Shown here piece after piece: positions 31,657 to 41,900 of a stretch of DNA of 64,000 nt (the first letter of the stretch is position 1; every line of letters starts with the position of its first letter). Source of the stretch: an uncultured delta proteobacterium (GTDB lineage: Bacteria > Desulfobacterota > Desulfobacteria > Desulfobacterales > QNYZ01). The stretch lies in contig CAWJQU010000002.1 of assembly GCA_963845145.1 (NCBI GenBank), forward strand, positions 32,001 to 96,000, given 5' to 3'. A model generated the notes under the pieces. It was given only the letters and a program-made list of their open reading frames with translations. It ran no database searches and was not told the DNA's origin. Made by a program: the position numbers and the translations under genes.

Positions 31657-32514
31657 ATGCAGTCGATTATGAGAACAATCGAAGAAAAACGAACATTTTT
31701 AACCCCCAAAGGGCGGCGGCTGGCCGATTATGTCGCATCCAATCCGGGTAAAGTCGTGTTTATGACCACACGTGAGCTTTCCGAAGGTTGTCGGGTCAGC
31801 GAGGCCACTGTGGTACGGTTTGTCGGACAGCTCGGTTACAACCGATACAGCGATTTTATCCAGGGGTTAAGGGATTTTTTGGATACGGAACTGAACCTGA
31901 TTGACCGGTTGGACCTGACCGCTGACAAGGGACCCGGGGCCAAACGCTTTCATCGGCTTGTTTTCGAGGAGATTGATAATTTAAAACAATTGCTTGAAAA
32001 CATGGATCTTGAAAAAATAGATGCCGTAGTAGACGAACTGCACGCCAGCCCATCCATCATCGTCATCGGGTCTCGGCTCTCGTTTACTTTGGCCTACTAT
32101 TTCGGATGGTCTTTAACCAAAATAAAGCCGAATATCAGCATCTTAAAAGGAAGCGACAGCACCGTATTGGACGCCCTCACTTTTGCGCCGGAAAACAGCC
32201 TGATCCTCATTATCGCTACCACTCGGTATCCCAATGAACTGATTCGTATCGGGAAATTTGCCCAGCGGCTCAAACATCGCCTCATTGTTCTCTGCGACGG
32301 TACGACCTGTCCTCTGATTCAGTTTGCCGACGCCTCCCTGGTGGCACCTCTGAAGAATATACCCTTTATCGGCAGCCCCACCGCGCTGGGTTGCCTGATC
32401 AATTTTATTATTCAGGAGTTGGCCGCCAAAAGGGGAAACAGCCTTAAAACACATCAGCAAAAACTGGAGCAAACCTATTGGGAGAATGACGTCCTTTTCA
32501 ATATGACGGTCTAA
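31657..32514 (+). CDS. RpiR/MurR-family transcriptional regulator
   Basis: HTH VSEATVVRF...LGY plus SIS domain. Confidence 0.92.
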   Translation: MQSIMRTIEEKRTFLTPKGRRLADYVASNPGKVVFMTTRELSEGCRVSEATVVRFVGQLGYNRYSDFIQGLRDFLDTELNLIDRLDLTADKGPGAKRFHRLVFEEIDNLKQLLENMDLEKIDAVVDELHASPSIIVIGSRLSFTLAYYFGWSLTKIKPNISILKGSDSTVLDALTFAPENSLILIIATTRYPNELIRIGKFAQRLKHRLIVLCDGTTCPLIQFADASLVAPLKNIPFIGSPTALGCLINFIIQELAAKRGNSLKTHQQKLEQTYWENDVLFNMTV

Positions 32515-32537
32515 TCCAGGTCAGTAATCCAGGTCAG
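32512..32537. repeat. Perfect 13-bp tandem duplication
   Basis: TAATCCAGGTCAG x2, starting at the rpiR stop codon. Confidence 0.85.
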
Positions 32538-32599
32538 TCTTGACAGCCATTTTTTTTTCTGCCAATGTGATGTTTAAAATTTTAGAGAGACTTCAATCC

Positions 32600-32692
32600 A
32601 TGTTTTCGTTTCGTTTGACAACTCGTCAGAATATCCGTCGCCGCCGGCGTCTTAGACGCATTCCGGCCGGGTGTTCTTTGCGAAAGACATGA
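32600..32692 (+). CDS. Arginine-rich leader peptide (30 aa) of a putative argG attenuator
   Basis: MFSFRLTTRQNIRRRRRLRRIPAGCSLRKT*: 10 Arg, 7 of them in codons 13-20; AGAGAGA upstream; TTGACA at 32540. Confidence 0.8.
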   Translation: MFSFRLTTRQNIRRRRRLRRIPAGCSLRKT

Positions 32693-32719
32693 TACCGTAA
32701 AAACAAATCAGTTCATCGT

Positions 32720-32750
32720 AAAAAACCCCGGCCAAGGCCGGGGTTTTTTT
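32720..32750 (+). terminator. Intrinsic terminator in the argG leader
   Basis: AAAAAACCCCGGC-CAAG-GCCGGGG-TTTTTTT, between the leader stop and the argG start. Confidence 0.88.
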
Positions 32751-32844
32751 ATTTTGACGACGAAGCACCAGCCCGTCGTGATGGGGCATATGAATTCACA
32801 GCACATAAGGATTCGCAGCCTATTTACTTAATTAAGGGGGAAAA

Positions 32845-34110
32845 ATGGCAGAGAAAGGTATTAAAAAAGTGGTTCTGGCCTATAGCGGCGGACTGGACAC
32901 ATCGGTTATCGTGCCCTGGTTAAAAGAAAACTACGACAATTGCGAAGTGATCTGTTTCACAGCCGATTTGGGCCAGGCGGAAGAACTGGATGGGTTGGAG
33001 GAGAAGGCCTTGGCATCAGGCGCCAGCAAATTGATAGTGAAAGATTTGCGCGAGGAGTTTATCCAGGACTACATCTTTCCCACCCTTCAGGCCGGAGCGA
33101 TCTACGAACGCGAATATTTATTGGGCACCTCCTTTGCTCGTCCGTTAATCGCCAAGCATATGGTGGCTGTCGCTGAAGCCGAAGGCGCGGATGCCCTGGC
33201 CCACGGATGCACCGGCAAGGGAAACGACCAGGTCCGATTTGAGCTGGCCAGCATGGCTCTGAACCCCAAGCTGCAGACCATTGCACCCTGGCGCGAATGG
33301 GATATTCGCAGTCGTGAGGATGCCATTCAATATGCCAAACGATATCAAATCCCCATCGCCCAGACAGAAAAAGATATTTATAGCCGGGATCGGAACATTT
33401 TTCATCTTTCCCATGAGGGAGGCCTTTTGGAAGACCCCTGGAATGAGCCCGCTGCCGATATGTACCAGCTAACCGTCAATCCGGAAGACGCCCCGGATGA
33501 TCCGGAATATATTGAAATCGGATATGAGAAGGGTAATCCAATAAGCGTAAACGGTGAAACCGTATCCGCAGTGGACCTTTTTACCCGCCTCAATAAAATC
33601 GCCGGGGCACATGGGATCGGGAGGGTGGACATCGTGGAAAACCGGTTGGTGGGGATGAAAAGCCGGGGTGTCTACGAAACGCCGGCGGGAACGGTGCTGC
33701 TCAAAGGGCACCAGGCCCTGGAAAGCATCTGCATGGACAAGCACACCATGCATTACAAGGATTTCGTAGCCGTCAAATATGCGGAATTGGTGTACAACGG
33801 CATGTGGTTTATGCCGCTCCGTCAGGCCCTGGACGCCTTTGTTCAGAGTACCCAGCAGCATGTGACCGGGACCGTACGGCTCAAGCTATACAAAGGCAAT
33901 ATTATCATTGCCGGTCGAAAAAGTCCTTTCAGTCTATATCGTGAAGATTACGCCTCCTTCGGAGAAGAAGATGTTTACAATCAACAGGATGCCCATGGCT
34001 TTATCCAATTGTTTGGGCTACCGCTTAAAGTCGAAGCCCTGGTTGCCATTGAAGGCACGGGTGATACCCGCTATCGCACGCCGGATTACAGCCAGTTTAA
34101 GCGAGACTAA
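32845..34110 (+). CDS. argG: Argininosuccinate synthase
   Basis: [40 protein letters not shown]. Confidence 0.97.
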   Translation: MAEKGIKKVVLAYSGGLDTSVIVPWLKENYDNCEVICFTADLGQAEELDGLEEKALASGASKLIVKDLREEFIQDYIFPTLQAGAIYEREYLLGTSFARPLIAKHMVAVAEAEGADALAHGCTGKGNDQVRFELASMALNPKLQTIAPWREWDIRSREDAIQYAKRYQIPIAQTEKDIYSRDRNIFHLSHEGGLLEDPWNEPAADMYQLTVNPEDAPDDPEYIEIGYEKGNPISVNGETVSAVDLFTRLNKIAGAHGIGRVDIVENRLVGMKSRGVYETPAGTVLLKGHQALESICMDKHTMHYKDFVAVKYAELVYNGMWFMPLRQALDAFVQSTQQHVTGTVRLKLYKGNIIIAGRKSPFSLYREDYASFGEEDVYNQQDAHGFIQLFGLPLKVEALVAIEGTGDTRYRTPDYSQFKRD

Positions 34111-34274
34111 AAGTGGGGCCAAACCAGTTTTGTTCGATTTGGATCGGTTTGACATTCACCCCCGTTTTTGAGATACATCCTTCGACTTTACCAGGCTAAA
34201 AAACGTCGAATTTACCGGGTCCAAATACGCGGGTTGATCCGCCCGGTTTAATTCAACGGGGTCGTTGAAAAATT

Positions 34275-34319
34275 AGTTGTATCAATTTGGGTCGTATCAA
34301 TTTTAGTCGTGTCAATTTG
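34275..34319. repeat. Three-copy 15-bp imperfect tandem repeat abutting the pyrB RBS
   Basis: agttgtatcaatttg / ggtcgtatcaatttt / agtcgtgtcaatttg. Confidence 0.8.
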
Positions 34320-34330
34320 AGGGGGCACAG

Positions 34331-35413
34331 ATGTCGTACACAGCAAAACAGACCAAACAGTTCTATAAAGGCTGGGACGAATTTTACACCAAACCCGAAG
34401 ATGAAAAAATCGACTTCTTCAAACAGGGCACACGCCTGTTCGATGTCATCTTTGCCCAGCAATTTGACCGTCCCTTTTTGGATTTTATCTGCCGCTTGTC
34501 GGACCAGATCCGCCAGATGGCCAAAACGAAAATGGGCGCGCATAAATTGAGGCATCTGCTGCCCCACAAACGTTGTATGCTCTATTTTGTTCAGCCCTCC
34601 ACGCGGACCTTTCTCTCCTTTTTGAATGCCTGCCATATTCTTGGACTGAATGTATCCGAAAGCCGAGGCACGAGTACAAGTTCAGAGGTAAAGGGCGAAT
34701 CCCAGGAGGACACCATTCGCACCTTCGCCAGCTATGTCGACCTGATTGTGGCCCGTCATCCGGAGGCCGGATTTGCAGAAAAAACCGCCTGGGTTCTCAA
34801 CCAGACTGCCCGTCCGGTTCCCATCATCAACGGAGGGTCCGGGCCCGACCAGCATCCCACCCAGGCACTTTTAGATATCTATACGCTTGAAAGATCTTTT
34901 CAATACATCGGGGGGCTGGACGGTAAAAAGATTGCCATGGTGGGGGACTTAAAAAGAGGCCGGACGGTGCGTTCTCTGAGCTACCTGATGAAAAACTATC
35001 GGGACGTCACCTTGTATTTTGTTTCACCGGATATTTTTCGAATGAAACCCGATATATTAAGCTTTCTCGAAAAACACCGCATCGAATACCATCAAACCGA
35101 TGATTTCGAAAGCATCATGCCACATGTGGACGCCATTTACATGACCCGAATTCAGGACGAATATGGGGACCAAACATCGACGGAAACCGGGTCCTATCCG
35201 GAATTTCATTTCAAAGTCGACCATCTGGCCAAGATCCAGCCTCATTGTGCGCTTTTGCATCCCCTGCCGCGACGATACGAAATCGAAGTCGATGTTGACC
35301 AGGACCCCCGCGCAGCCTATTGGCGCCAGGAGCGAAACGGCATGTGGCTGCGGGCGGCTTTGATTGCCTATATTTTCAGGGTCGACGATTGTATTTCCAA
35401 AGAATTTGATTGA
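34331..35413 (+). CDS. pyrB: Aspartate carbamoyltransferase catalytic subunit
   Basis: PSTRT, KGES, HPTQALLD, GDLKRGRTVRSL, YMTRIQ, HPLPR (aspartate-binding motifs, not OTCase SMG/HCLP). Confidence 0.9.
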   Translation: MSYTAKQTKQFYKGWDEFYTKPEDEKIDFFKQGTRLFDVIFAQQFDRPFLDFICRLSDQIRQMAKTKMGAHKLRHLLPHKRCMLYFVQPSTRTFLSFLNACHILGLNVSESRGTSTSSEVKGESQEDTIRTFASYVDLIVARHPEAGFAEKTAWVLNQTARPVPIINGGSGPDQHPTQALLDIYTLERSFQYIGGLDGKKIAMVGDLKRGRTVRSLSYLMKNYRDVTLYFVSPDIFRMKPDILSFLEKHRIEYHQTDDFESIMPHVDAIYMTRIQDEYGDQTSTETGSYPEFHFKVDHLAKIQPHCALLHPLPRRYEIEVDVDQDPRAAYWRQERNGMWLRAALIAYIFRVDDCISKEFD

Positions 35414-35550
35414 CCCTGAACAGCATGGGGGTAGCCATAATTTATAACGGCCTTTCACACGTCTGATGGGCAAAACATAAAAGATATAAAAACAGTAGAA
35501 AACCAGCGCCAACCAACAACCGACTTTTTACGGAGTATTTACAACTACCC

Positions 35551-36663
35551 ATGAATAAAACCGCCAGACTCATTCTTTCCGACGGGAGGCTTTTCGAAGG
35601 TCAATCACTGGGGGCGGAAGGAACCACCAGTGGGGAAGTCGTTTTCAACACGGCCATGACCGGGTATCAGGAGATCCTTACCGATCCCTCCTACCACTAC
35701 CAGCTGATCACCATGACCTATCCCCAAATCGGCAATTACGGTGTGAATGCCACCGATTTCGAGTCGCGCCGCATTCGTGCCGCCGGTTTTATCATTCGAG
35801 AATACAGCCCCATGGTCAGTCATTGGCAGGCAAATCGGACGCTGGACGCCTATCTGAAGCATCACCAAATTGTTGCCATTAGTGAAATCGACACTCGTGC
35901 GTTAACCCGTCATCTCCGGGATCAGGGGGCTCAAATGGGTGTGATTACCACAGCCACCGATACCAAAGAAGACCTGATTGAAAAATTGGGTCAGGAGAAA
36001 AAACTTGTGGGGCGCGATCTGGCCGAGGAAGTGACGGCCAAGCAACCTTACGACTGGCCGCCGAATGATACCGAACCGCTGAATATGGATACATCGTATC
36101 GCGTAGCTGTCTACGATTTTGGAATCAAGTATTCGATTTTAAGACAACTTCACCGGCATGGTTGCCGATTGCGGGTGTTTCCGGCGAATACACCGCCCGA
36201 GGAAATATTGGACTGGAATCCCGATGGTATTTTCCTTTCCAACGGCCCCGGTGATCCTGAACCGGTGACCTATGCCATTGATGCAGTGCGGCAACTATTG
36301 AATCGCAAGCCGATTTTCGGCATCTGCCTGGGGCATCAGATATTAGGCCTGGCGCTGGGTGGCCAAACCACCAAACTGAAATTCGGGCACCACGGAGCCA
36401 ATCACCCGGTTAAAAATCTGGTGACCGGTCAGGTAGAGATCACTTCTCAAAATCATGGTTTCATGGTGAACATCGACAGCCTTCCACCCGACGATGTGGC
36501 CATTACCCATATAAATCTAAACGACCAAACCCTTGAAGGGTTTAAGCATAAACACATTCCGGCGTTTTCGGTGCAATACCACCCCGAATCGGCGCCCGGG
36601 CCCCATGACAGTGATTATCTGTTTGAACATTTTATCGAGGATATGAAGACATTTAATGCCTAA
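35551..36663 (+). CDS. carA: Carbamoyl-phosphate synthase small subunit
   Basis: [33 protein letters not shown]. Confidence 0.97.
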   Translation: MNKTARLILSDGRLFEGQSLGAEGTTSGEVVFNTAMTGYQEILTDPSYHYQLITMTYPQIGNYGVNATDFESRRIRAAGFIIREYSPMVSHWQANRTLDAYLKHHQIVAISEIDTRALTRHLRDQGAQMGVITTATDTKEDLIEKLGQEKKLVGRDLAEEVTAKQPYDWPPNDTEPLNMDTSYRVAVYDFGIKYSILRQLHRHGCRLRVFPANTPPEEILDWNPDGIFLSNGPGDPEPVTYAIDAVRQLLNRKPIFGICLGHQILGLALGGQTTKLKFGHHGANHPVKNLVTGQVEITSQNHGFMVNIDSLPPDDVAITHINLNDQTLEGFKHKHIPAFSVQYHPESAPGPHDSDYLFEHFIEDMKTFNA

Positions 36664-39600
36664 ACGCAAAGACATCAAACGCATTCTAATTATCGGCTCC
36701 GGCCCGATTGTCATCGGTCAGGCCTGTGAATTTGACTACTCGGGCTCCCAGGCCTGCAAGGCCCTTCGCGAAGAGGGGTTTATCGTCATCCTTATCAACA
36801 GCAATCCGGCCACGATCATGACGGACCCCGAATTTTCGGACAAGACCTTCATCGAACCGCTAAACGCCGACGCTGTGGCGAAAATCATCGAGCAGGAGCG
36901 CCCGGACGCACTTTTACCCACTTTAGGCGGTCAGACAAGCTTGAACCTGGCCGTAGAGCTGGCCCAAAACGGTGTTCTGGAAAAATTCGGGGTTGAATTG
37001 ATCGGCGCTAACCTGGAGACAATCCAAGTCGCCGAAGACCGCGAGCTCTTTCGAAACGCCATGGGGGAGATCGGGTTAAAGGTGCCTGATGGTGGTTGTG
37101 CACGAACGATCGATGAAGCGCGAGCCCTCAAGGATGAAATCGGATTTCCCCTCATTATTCGACCGGCTTTTACATTGGGTGGTATCGGTGGCAGCGTGGT
37201 TTACAATCAGGAGGAGTTTACCAAAGCCGCCCAATGGGGGCTTGACGCCAGCCCGGTCACCGAAATCCTGATTGAGCAATCGGTTCTAGGTTGGAAAGAG
37301 TACGAGTTGGAAGTCATGCGGGATGGGGCTGATAATTTCGTCATCGTCTGCTCCATTGAAAATTTCGACCCCATGGGTATCCACACCGGGGACAGCATCA
37401 CCGTGGCCCCCGCCCAGACGCTCACCGATGTGGAATACCAGACCATGCGGGATGCGGCCAAAAAAATCGTCACCCGTGTAGGGGTAGAAACCGGTGGGGC
37501 CAATATCCAGTTTGCCCTGAATCCCGCCGACGGCGACATGGTGGTCATTGAAATGAACCCGCGGGTATCGCGCAGTTCGGCCCTGGCTTCTAAAGCCACG
37601 GGATTTCCCATTGCCAAAATCGCTGCCAAACTCGCTGTCGGCTATCGTCTGGATGAACTGCCCAACGATATCACCCGAAAAACCCCGGCCTGTTTTGAGC
37701 CGGCTATTGACTATGTGGTGGTTAAAATACCCCGCTGGGATTTTGAAAAATTTCCCGGTAATGACCACCGTCTGACCTCCCAGATGAAGTCTGTGGGTGA
37801 AGCCATGGGCATCGGCCGCACGTTTAAGGAGGCGTTGAATAAAACCTTACGATCTCTGGAAAACGGCTGGTTCGGATTTCACAAAAAGGATGCCAACGAT
37901 TATAACGATATGTCCAAAGAAACGCTGCTGGACGACATTCGCAGGGGAACACCCGATCGAATTTTAAAACTCTGGCAAGGTTTCTCCTTAGGGTTGTCTC
38001 CGGCGGAATTATCAACAATCACGGGCATCGATGTCTGGTTTTTGAAGAACCTGCACCAGATATTTGAATTAGAGTCCGACCTATGGATCGAATACCGCAA
38101 AACCAACACCATTCAAGCTTCTAGCCTGAAAAAAGCCAAGCAGTGGGGTTTTTCCGATCGTCACATTGCTTTTTTAACGGGCAAACCCGAAGAAGAAGTT
38201 CGTGCCATGCGCAAACAGCACGGGATTATACCCGCCTATAAAATTGTGGACACCTGTGCGGCGGAATTCGTCTCTTATACGCCTTACTACTACTCCTCCT
38301 ACGACGAGGAAAATGAATCGGTCGCTTCGAATAAAAAGAAAGTGATGATCCTGGGCGGCGGGCCCAATCGCATCGGCCAGGGAATCGAATTCGACTACTG
38401 TTGTGTGCACGGGATTCTCGCCTTGAGATCTTTAGGCATTGAAGCCATCATGGTGAATTGCAACCCCGAGACGGTCAGTACGGATTATGATGTGGCCGAC
38501 AAGCTCTATTTCGAGCCTTTAACTTACGAAGATGTGCTGAACGTGGCCCGCTTGGAAAAGCCCGATGGCGTGATCATCCAATTCGGCGGCCAAACCCCTT
38601 TGAACCTGGCCCTTCCCCTTGAAAAAGCAGGGATTCCTATCTGGGGTACATCCCCCGACTCCATTGATCTGGCTGAGGACCGGGATCGCTTCGGCGCGTT
38701 ATTGGATAAACTTGACATCCCCCACCCTCGCTACGGCACGGCGACATCCGTCGAGGAAGCGGTAGAAGTGGGAAAAAATGTTGGCTTCCCCTTGATGGTT
38801 CGCCCTTCATATGTGCTGGGTGGAAGAGCCATGGAAATCGTCTACGATGTGGATTCACTCAAATACTATATGCAACATGCCGTCAATGCCTCGGAAGAAC
38901 ACCCGGTTTTACTGGATCGGTTTCTGGAGGATGCATATGAATTTGATGTGGACGCCATCAGCGACGGCGAGACCACCCGTATCTGTGGTGTCATGCAGCA
39001 CATCGAAGAGGCCGGCGTTCATTCGGGTGATAGCATGGCAGTCTTGCCGCCCTATCTTCTGTCACGCGAACAAAATGAAGACATTAAGGAATATACGAGC
39101 CAACTGGCTAAAGCGTTAAACGTCAAAGGCTTGCTGAACATCCAGTTCGCCATCATGTACGACACCCTTTATGTGATCGAAGTCAACCCCCGGGCTTCAC
39201 GTACCGTGCCCTTTGTCAGTAAGGTGACGGGAATCCCCATCGCCAAGCTGGCCACGGAGGTAATGGCCGGGAAAAAACTGTCGCAACTCAACATTCCATT
39301 TAGGGACAATCTCCCCTATGTGGCGGTTAAAGAGTCCGTGTTTCCCTTTGACCGATTTGACAAAGCGGATATCTTTCTCAGGCCTGAAATGCGTTCCACG
39401 GGAGAAGTGATGGGTATCGGCCCCACCTTTGGTGAAGCGGTTTTTAAAGCGTTTCAAGCCACCGGGATCAATATTGCGGAATCGGGAACCGTATTCATCA
39501 GCGTAAACGACAATGATAAAGCGCGAGCCCTATCCATTGCCGAGGGGCTGGCCAAACTCGATTATAAACTGGTGGCCACCAGCGGAACGGCGGAATTCTT

Positions 39601-39880
39601 TTCCACGCGCGGGCTGGACGTGGAAACGGTATTAAAGGTGAGAGAAGGTCGGCCCAATATCATTGATAGTATCAAAAACCATGCGATCGACCTGATCATC
39701 AATACCCCTTTGGGTCACCGGTCACGTGAAGATGAATACGCCATTGGCTGGACCGCACTGAAAACCCGGGTCCCTTTTATCACCACGTTATCAGCGGCTG
39801 AATCCATAGTTCGTGGACTGCGAACGGTTCAAAGAAAACCCTTGGAGTACCGATGTTTGCAGGACTATTATCAGCTATAG
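36656..39880 (+). CDS. carB: Carbamoyl-phosphate synthase large subunit
   Basis: [17 protein letters not shown], two ATP-grasp halves, C-terminal MGS domain. Confidence 0.97.
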   Translation: MPKRKDIKRILIIGSGPIVIGQACEFDYSGSQACKALREEGFIVILINSNPATIMTDPEFSDKTFIEPLNADAVAKIIEQERPDALLPTLGGQTSLNLAVELAQNGVLEKFGVELIGANLETIQVAEDRELFRNAMGEIGLKVPDGGCARTIDEARALKDEIGFPLIIRPAFTLGGIGGSVVYNQEEFTKAAQWGLDASPVTEILIEQSVLGWKEYELEVMRDGADNFVIVCSIENFDPMGIHTGDSITVAPAQTLTDVEYQTMRDAAKKIVTRVGVETGGANIQFALNPADGDMVVIEMNPRVSRSSALASKATGFPIAKIAAKLAVGYRLDELPNDITRKTPACFEPAIDYVVVKIPRWDFEKFPGNDHRLTSQMKSVGEAMGIGRTFKEALNKTLRSLENGWFGFHKKDANDYNDMSKETLLDDIRRGTPDRILKLWQGFSLGLSPAELSTITGIDVWFLKNLHQIFELESDLWIEYRKTNTIQASSLKKAKQWGFSDRHIAFLTGKPEEEVRAMRKQHGIIPAYKIVDTCAAEFVSYTPYYYSSYDEENESVASNKKKVMILGGGPNRIGQGIEFDYCCVHGILALRSLGIEAIMVNCNPETVSTDYDVADKLYFEPLTYEDVLNVARLEKPDGVIIQFGGQTPLNLALPLEKAGIPIWGTSPDSIDLAEDRDRFGALLDKLDIPHPRYGTATSVEEAVEVGKNVGFPLMVRPSYVLGGRAMEIVYDVDSLKYYMQHAVNASEEHPVLLDRFLEDAYEFDVDAISDGETTRICGVMQHIEEAGVHSGDSMAVLPPYLLSREQNEDIKEYTSQLAKALNVKGLLNIQFAIMYDTLYVIEVNPRASRTVPFVSKVTGIPIAKLATEVMAGKKLSQLNIPFRDNLPYVAVKESVFPFDRFDKADIFLRPEMRSTGEVMGIGPTFGEAVFKAFQATGINIAESGTVFISVNDNDKARALSIAEGLAKLDYKLVATSGTAEFFSTRGLDVETVLKVREGRPNIIDSIKNHAIDLIINTPLGHRSREDEYAIGWTALKTRVPFITTLSAAESIVRGLRTVQRKPLEYRCLQDYYQL

Positions 39881-39944
39881 CACGCATCCAAATCAGGCTA
39901 GCATGACTACCCATCCGAGGCCGCCATCCGTCAAGTATACCGGA

Positions 39945-40946
39945 TCAACTTCCTAAAGTGGCGACCATTATGGCCTTAATAGTATGAATGCGATTTTCAG
40001 CCTCATCAAAAACAATGGAGGCCTCGGATTCAAACACCGCTTCGGTGACTTCCATGGATTCGATCCCAAACTTTTGGTAGATCTTTTCACCGATCTCGGT
40101 GTCACGATTGTGAAAGGCCGGTAGGCAGTGTAAAAATTTTACCTTTGCATTGCCGGTTTTTTCCATAACGGCCGTATTGACCTGGTATGGCTTAAGCAGG
40201 TTAATCCGATCTTTCCACACATCATCCGCTTCTCCCATGGATACCCACACATCCGTGCTGATAAAGTCGCAATCTTTCACGCCCTCATCGATGTCATCGG
40301 TAACCAAAATTGTTGCCCCGGTCTGCTTGGCGATTTCTTGTACCCGGGCAACCAGGGTCGTATCCGGCTGAAGTGCTTTTGGGGCAACGGCTCTAAAATC
40401 CATTCCCATCTTGGCCGTCCCGATGAGCAGGGAATTGGCCATATTGTTGCGTGCGTCGCCCAGATAAGCGACCTTATTCTCACTTAACGGTTTGTCGCTG
40501 TGCTCGATCATGGTCAATAAGTCCGCCAGAACCTGGGTGGGATGGTATTGATCGGTCAATCCGTTCCAGACGGGCACCCCGGCATATTGAGCCAACGTTT
40601 CGACAAGGTTCTGCCCAAACCCCCGGTATTGGATGCCGTCGTACATGCGACCCAAAACCCGGGCCGTATCTTTCATCGATTCCTTGGCGCCCATCTGGGA
40701 CCCGGTTGGCCCCAAATAGGTAACATGGGCACCTTGATCATAGGCCGCCACTTCAAAAGCACAACGCGTACGGGTGGACGATTTTTCAAAGATGAGGGCG
40801 ATATTCTTACCCCGCAGTTGTTGTTGCGCCACACCACTGTATTTCGCTTTCTTAAGATCCGTAGAGAGGTCCAGTAAAAATTTGATCTCCCTGGGCGAAA
40901 AGTCGAGAAGCGTTAAAAAATGTCGATGCTTCAGGTTAAATGCCAT
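39945..40946 (-). CDS. argF: Ornithine carbamoyltransferase
   Basis: [27 protein letters not shown]. Confidence 0.93.
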   Translation of the reverse strand: MAFNLKHRHFLTLLDFSPREIKFLLDLSTDLKKAKYSGVAQQQLRGKNIALIFEKSSTRTRCAFEVAAYDQGAHVTYLGPTGSQMGAKESMKDTARVLGRMYDGIQYRGFGQNLVETLAQYAGVPVWNGLTDQYHPTQVLADLLTMIEHSDKPLSENKVAYLGDARNNMANSLLIGTAKMGMDFRAVAPKALQPDTTLVARVQEIAKQTGATILVTDDIDEGVKDCDFISTDVWVSMGEADDVWKDRINLLKPYQVNTAVMEKTGNAKVKFLHCLPAFHNRDTEIGEKIYQKFGIESMEVTEAVFESEASIVFDEAENRIHTIKAIMVATLGS

Positions 40947-41087
40947 TCTATCACTCCATATTTATATGCGGTCACATTTTTAAGATCAAATCAATAAACC
41001 AACATCCGTCATCGATTCCCCAGCGACAAGCGTTTAACGTTGAATTCGGTTGCGTCCTCGGCCCTGTCGCACCAGAAACCCGATCCA

Positions 41088-41486
41088 TTATTCCATACTC
41101 TTACCAAGAGTCTCATATTGTACAAATCGATCGATACGTGTCTGATCCGCTTCAGAGATGTTTATAAATTGACAACCGACAGCGATATGTCCGAACAAAT
41201 CATGATCGACAACCCACTGAACCTTAAGGTCAATTTCGGTGATAAACGCCAGCTTCAATTTTCCCATGATTTTTTTCAGGATAAATGTATCACCGATTTC
41301 AATCGGGTGTTGATCGTTTCGGAATATAAAAAACTTTAGACCGACGGCACTGATATCGGCAATATTGTAGGAAAGCAAATCGGCGGTGATCTTTGGAGAC
41401 TCGAAGAAACCGACGACTTCATCATCAGATGTAAAAACATGGCGTTGAAACTCTCTTTTTTCAGATCCATTAAAGTCATTTTGCAT
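41088..41486 (-). CDS. PilZ-domain protein
   Basis: REFQR (RxxxR) and DISAVG (DxSxxG) c-di-GMP motifs. Confidence 0.75.
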   Translation of the reverse strand: MQNDFNGSEKREFQRHVFTSDDEVVGFFESPKITADLLSYNIADISAVGLKFFIFRNDQHPIEIGDTFILKKIMGKLKLAFITEIDLKVQWVVDHDLFGHIAVGCQFINISEADQTRIDRFVQYETLGKSME

Positions 41487-41900
41487 CGTTCCCCCACCCA
41501 ATCAAATAGATTCGATTTCCATTCGCTTTCGAACACCTATCCCGATGAGCGCTAAGCGAGATCGGCACACTGACTCGAAACCGACGGATACCACCGGACC
41601 AAAAACAGGGCCAATAAGCCAATTTTAAGATAACCTAATGTTTGAAGCAAGGCTAAAATCTCCTTGACGGTTTTTAGTTTCTTTTTATGATTTGAAAAAC
41701 CGCCCAGGCGTGTTTCATCGTAACAACAAAACTTGTGGCTCTTAAAAGCTACCGACCCTGTAAAATGGAACGAAACTTAACCATACATTGATTTTTCAAA
41801 ATCCCTATATTATTAAACAAATTTAAAACTTGTAGATTCCGGCAACTTTTAAAAAGGGGTATTCAAAACGCCGGATAATATATAGCGTGGTTTTTGTAGA

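Noticed and set aside
7761..34319. Short repeat arrays (7761, 32512, 34275) as CRISPR remnants
   Set aside because: They are directly tandem with no spacers, units are 13-16 bp, and there are no cas genes.
34331..35413. Second ornithine or acetylornithine carbamoyltransferase, suggested by its position after argG
   Set aside because: The motifs GRTVRSL, TRIQ and HPLPR are ATCase-type; the OTCase is at 39945..40946.
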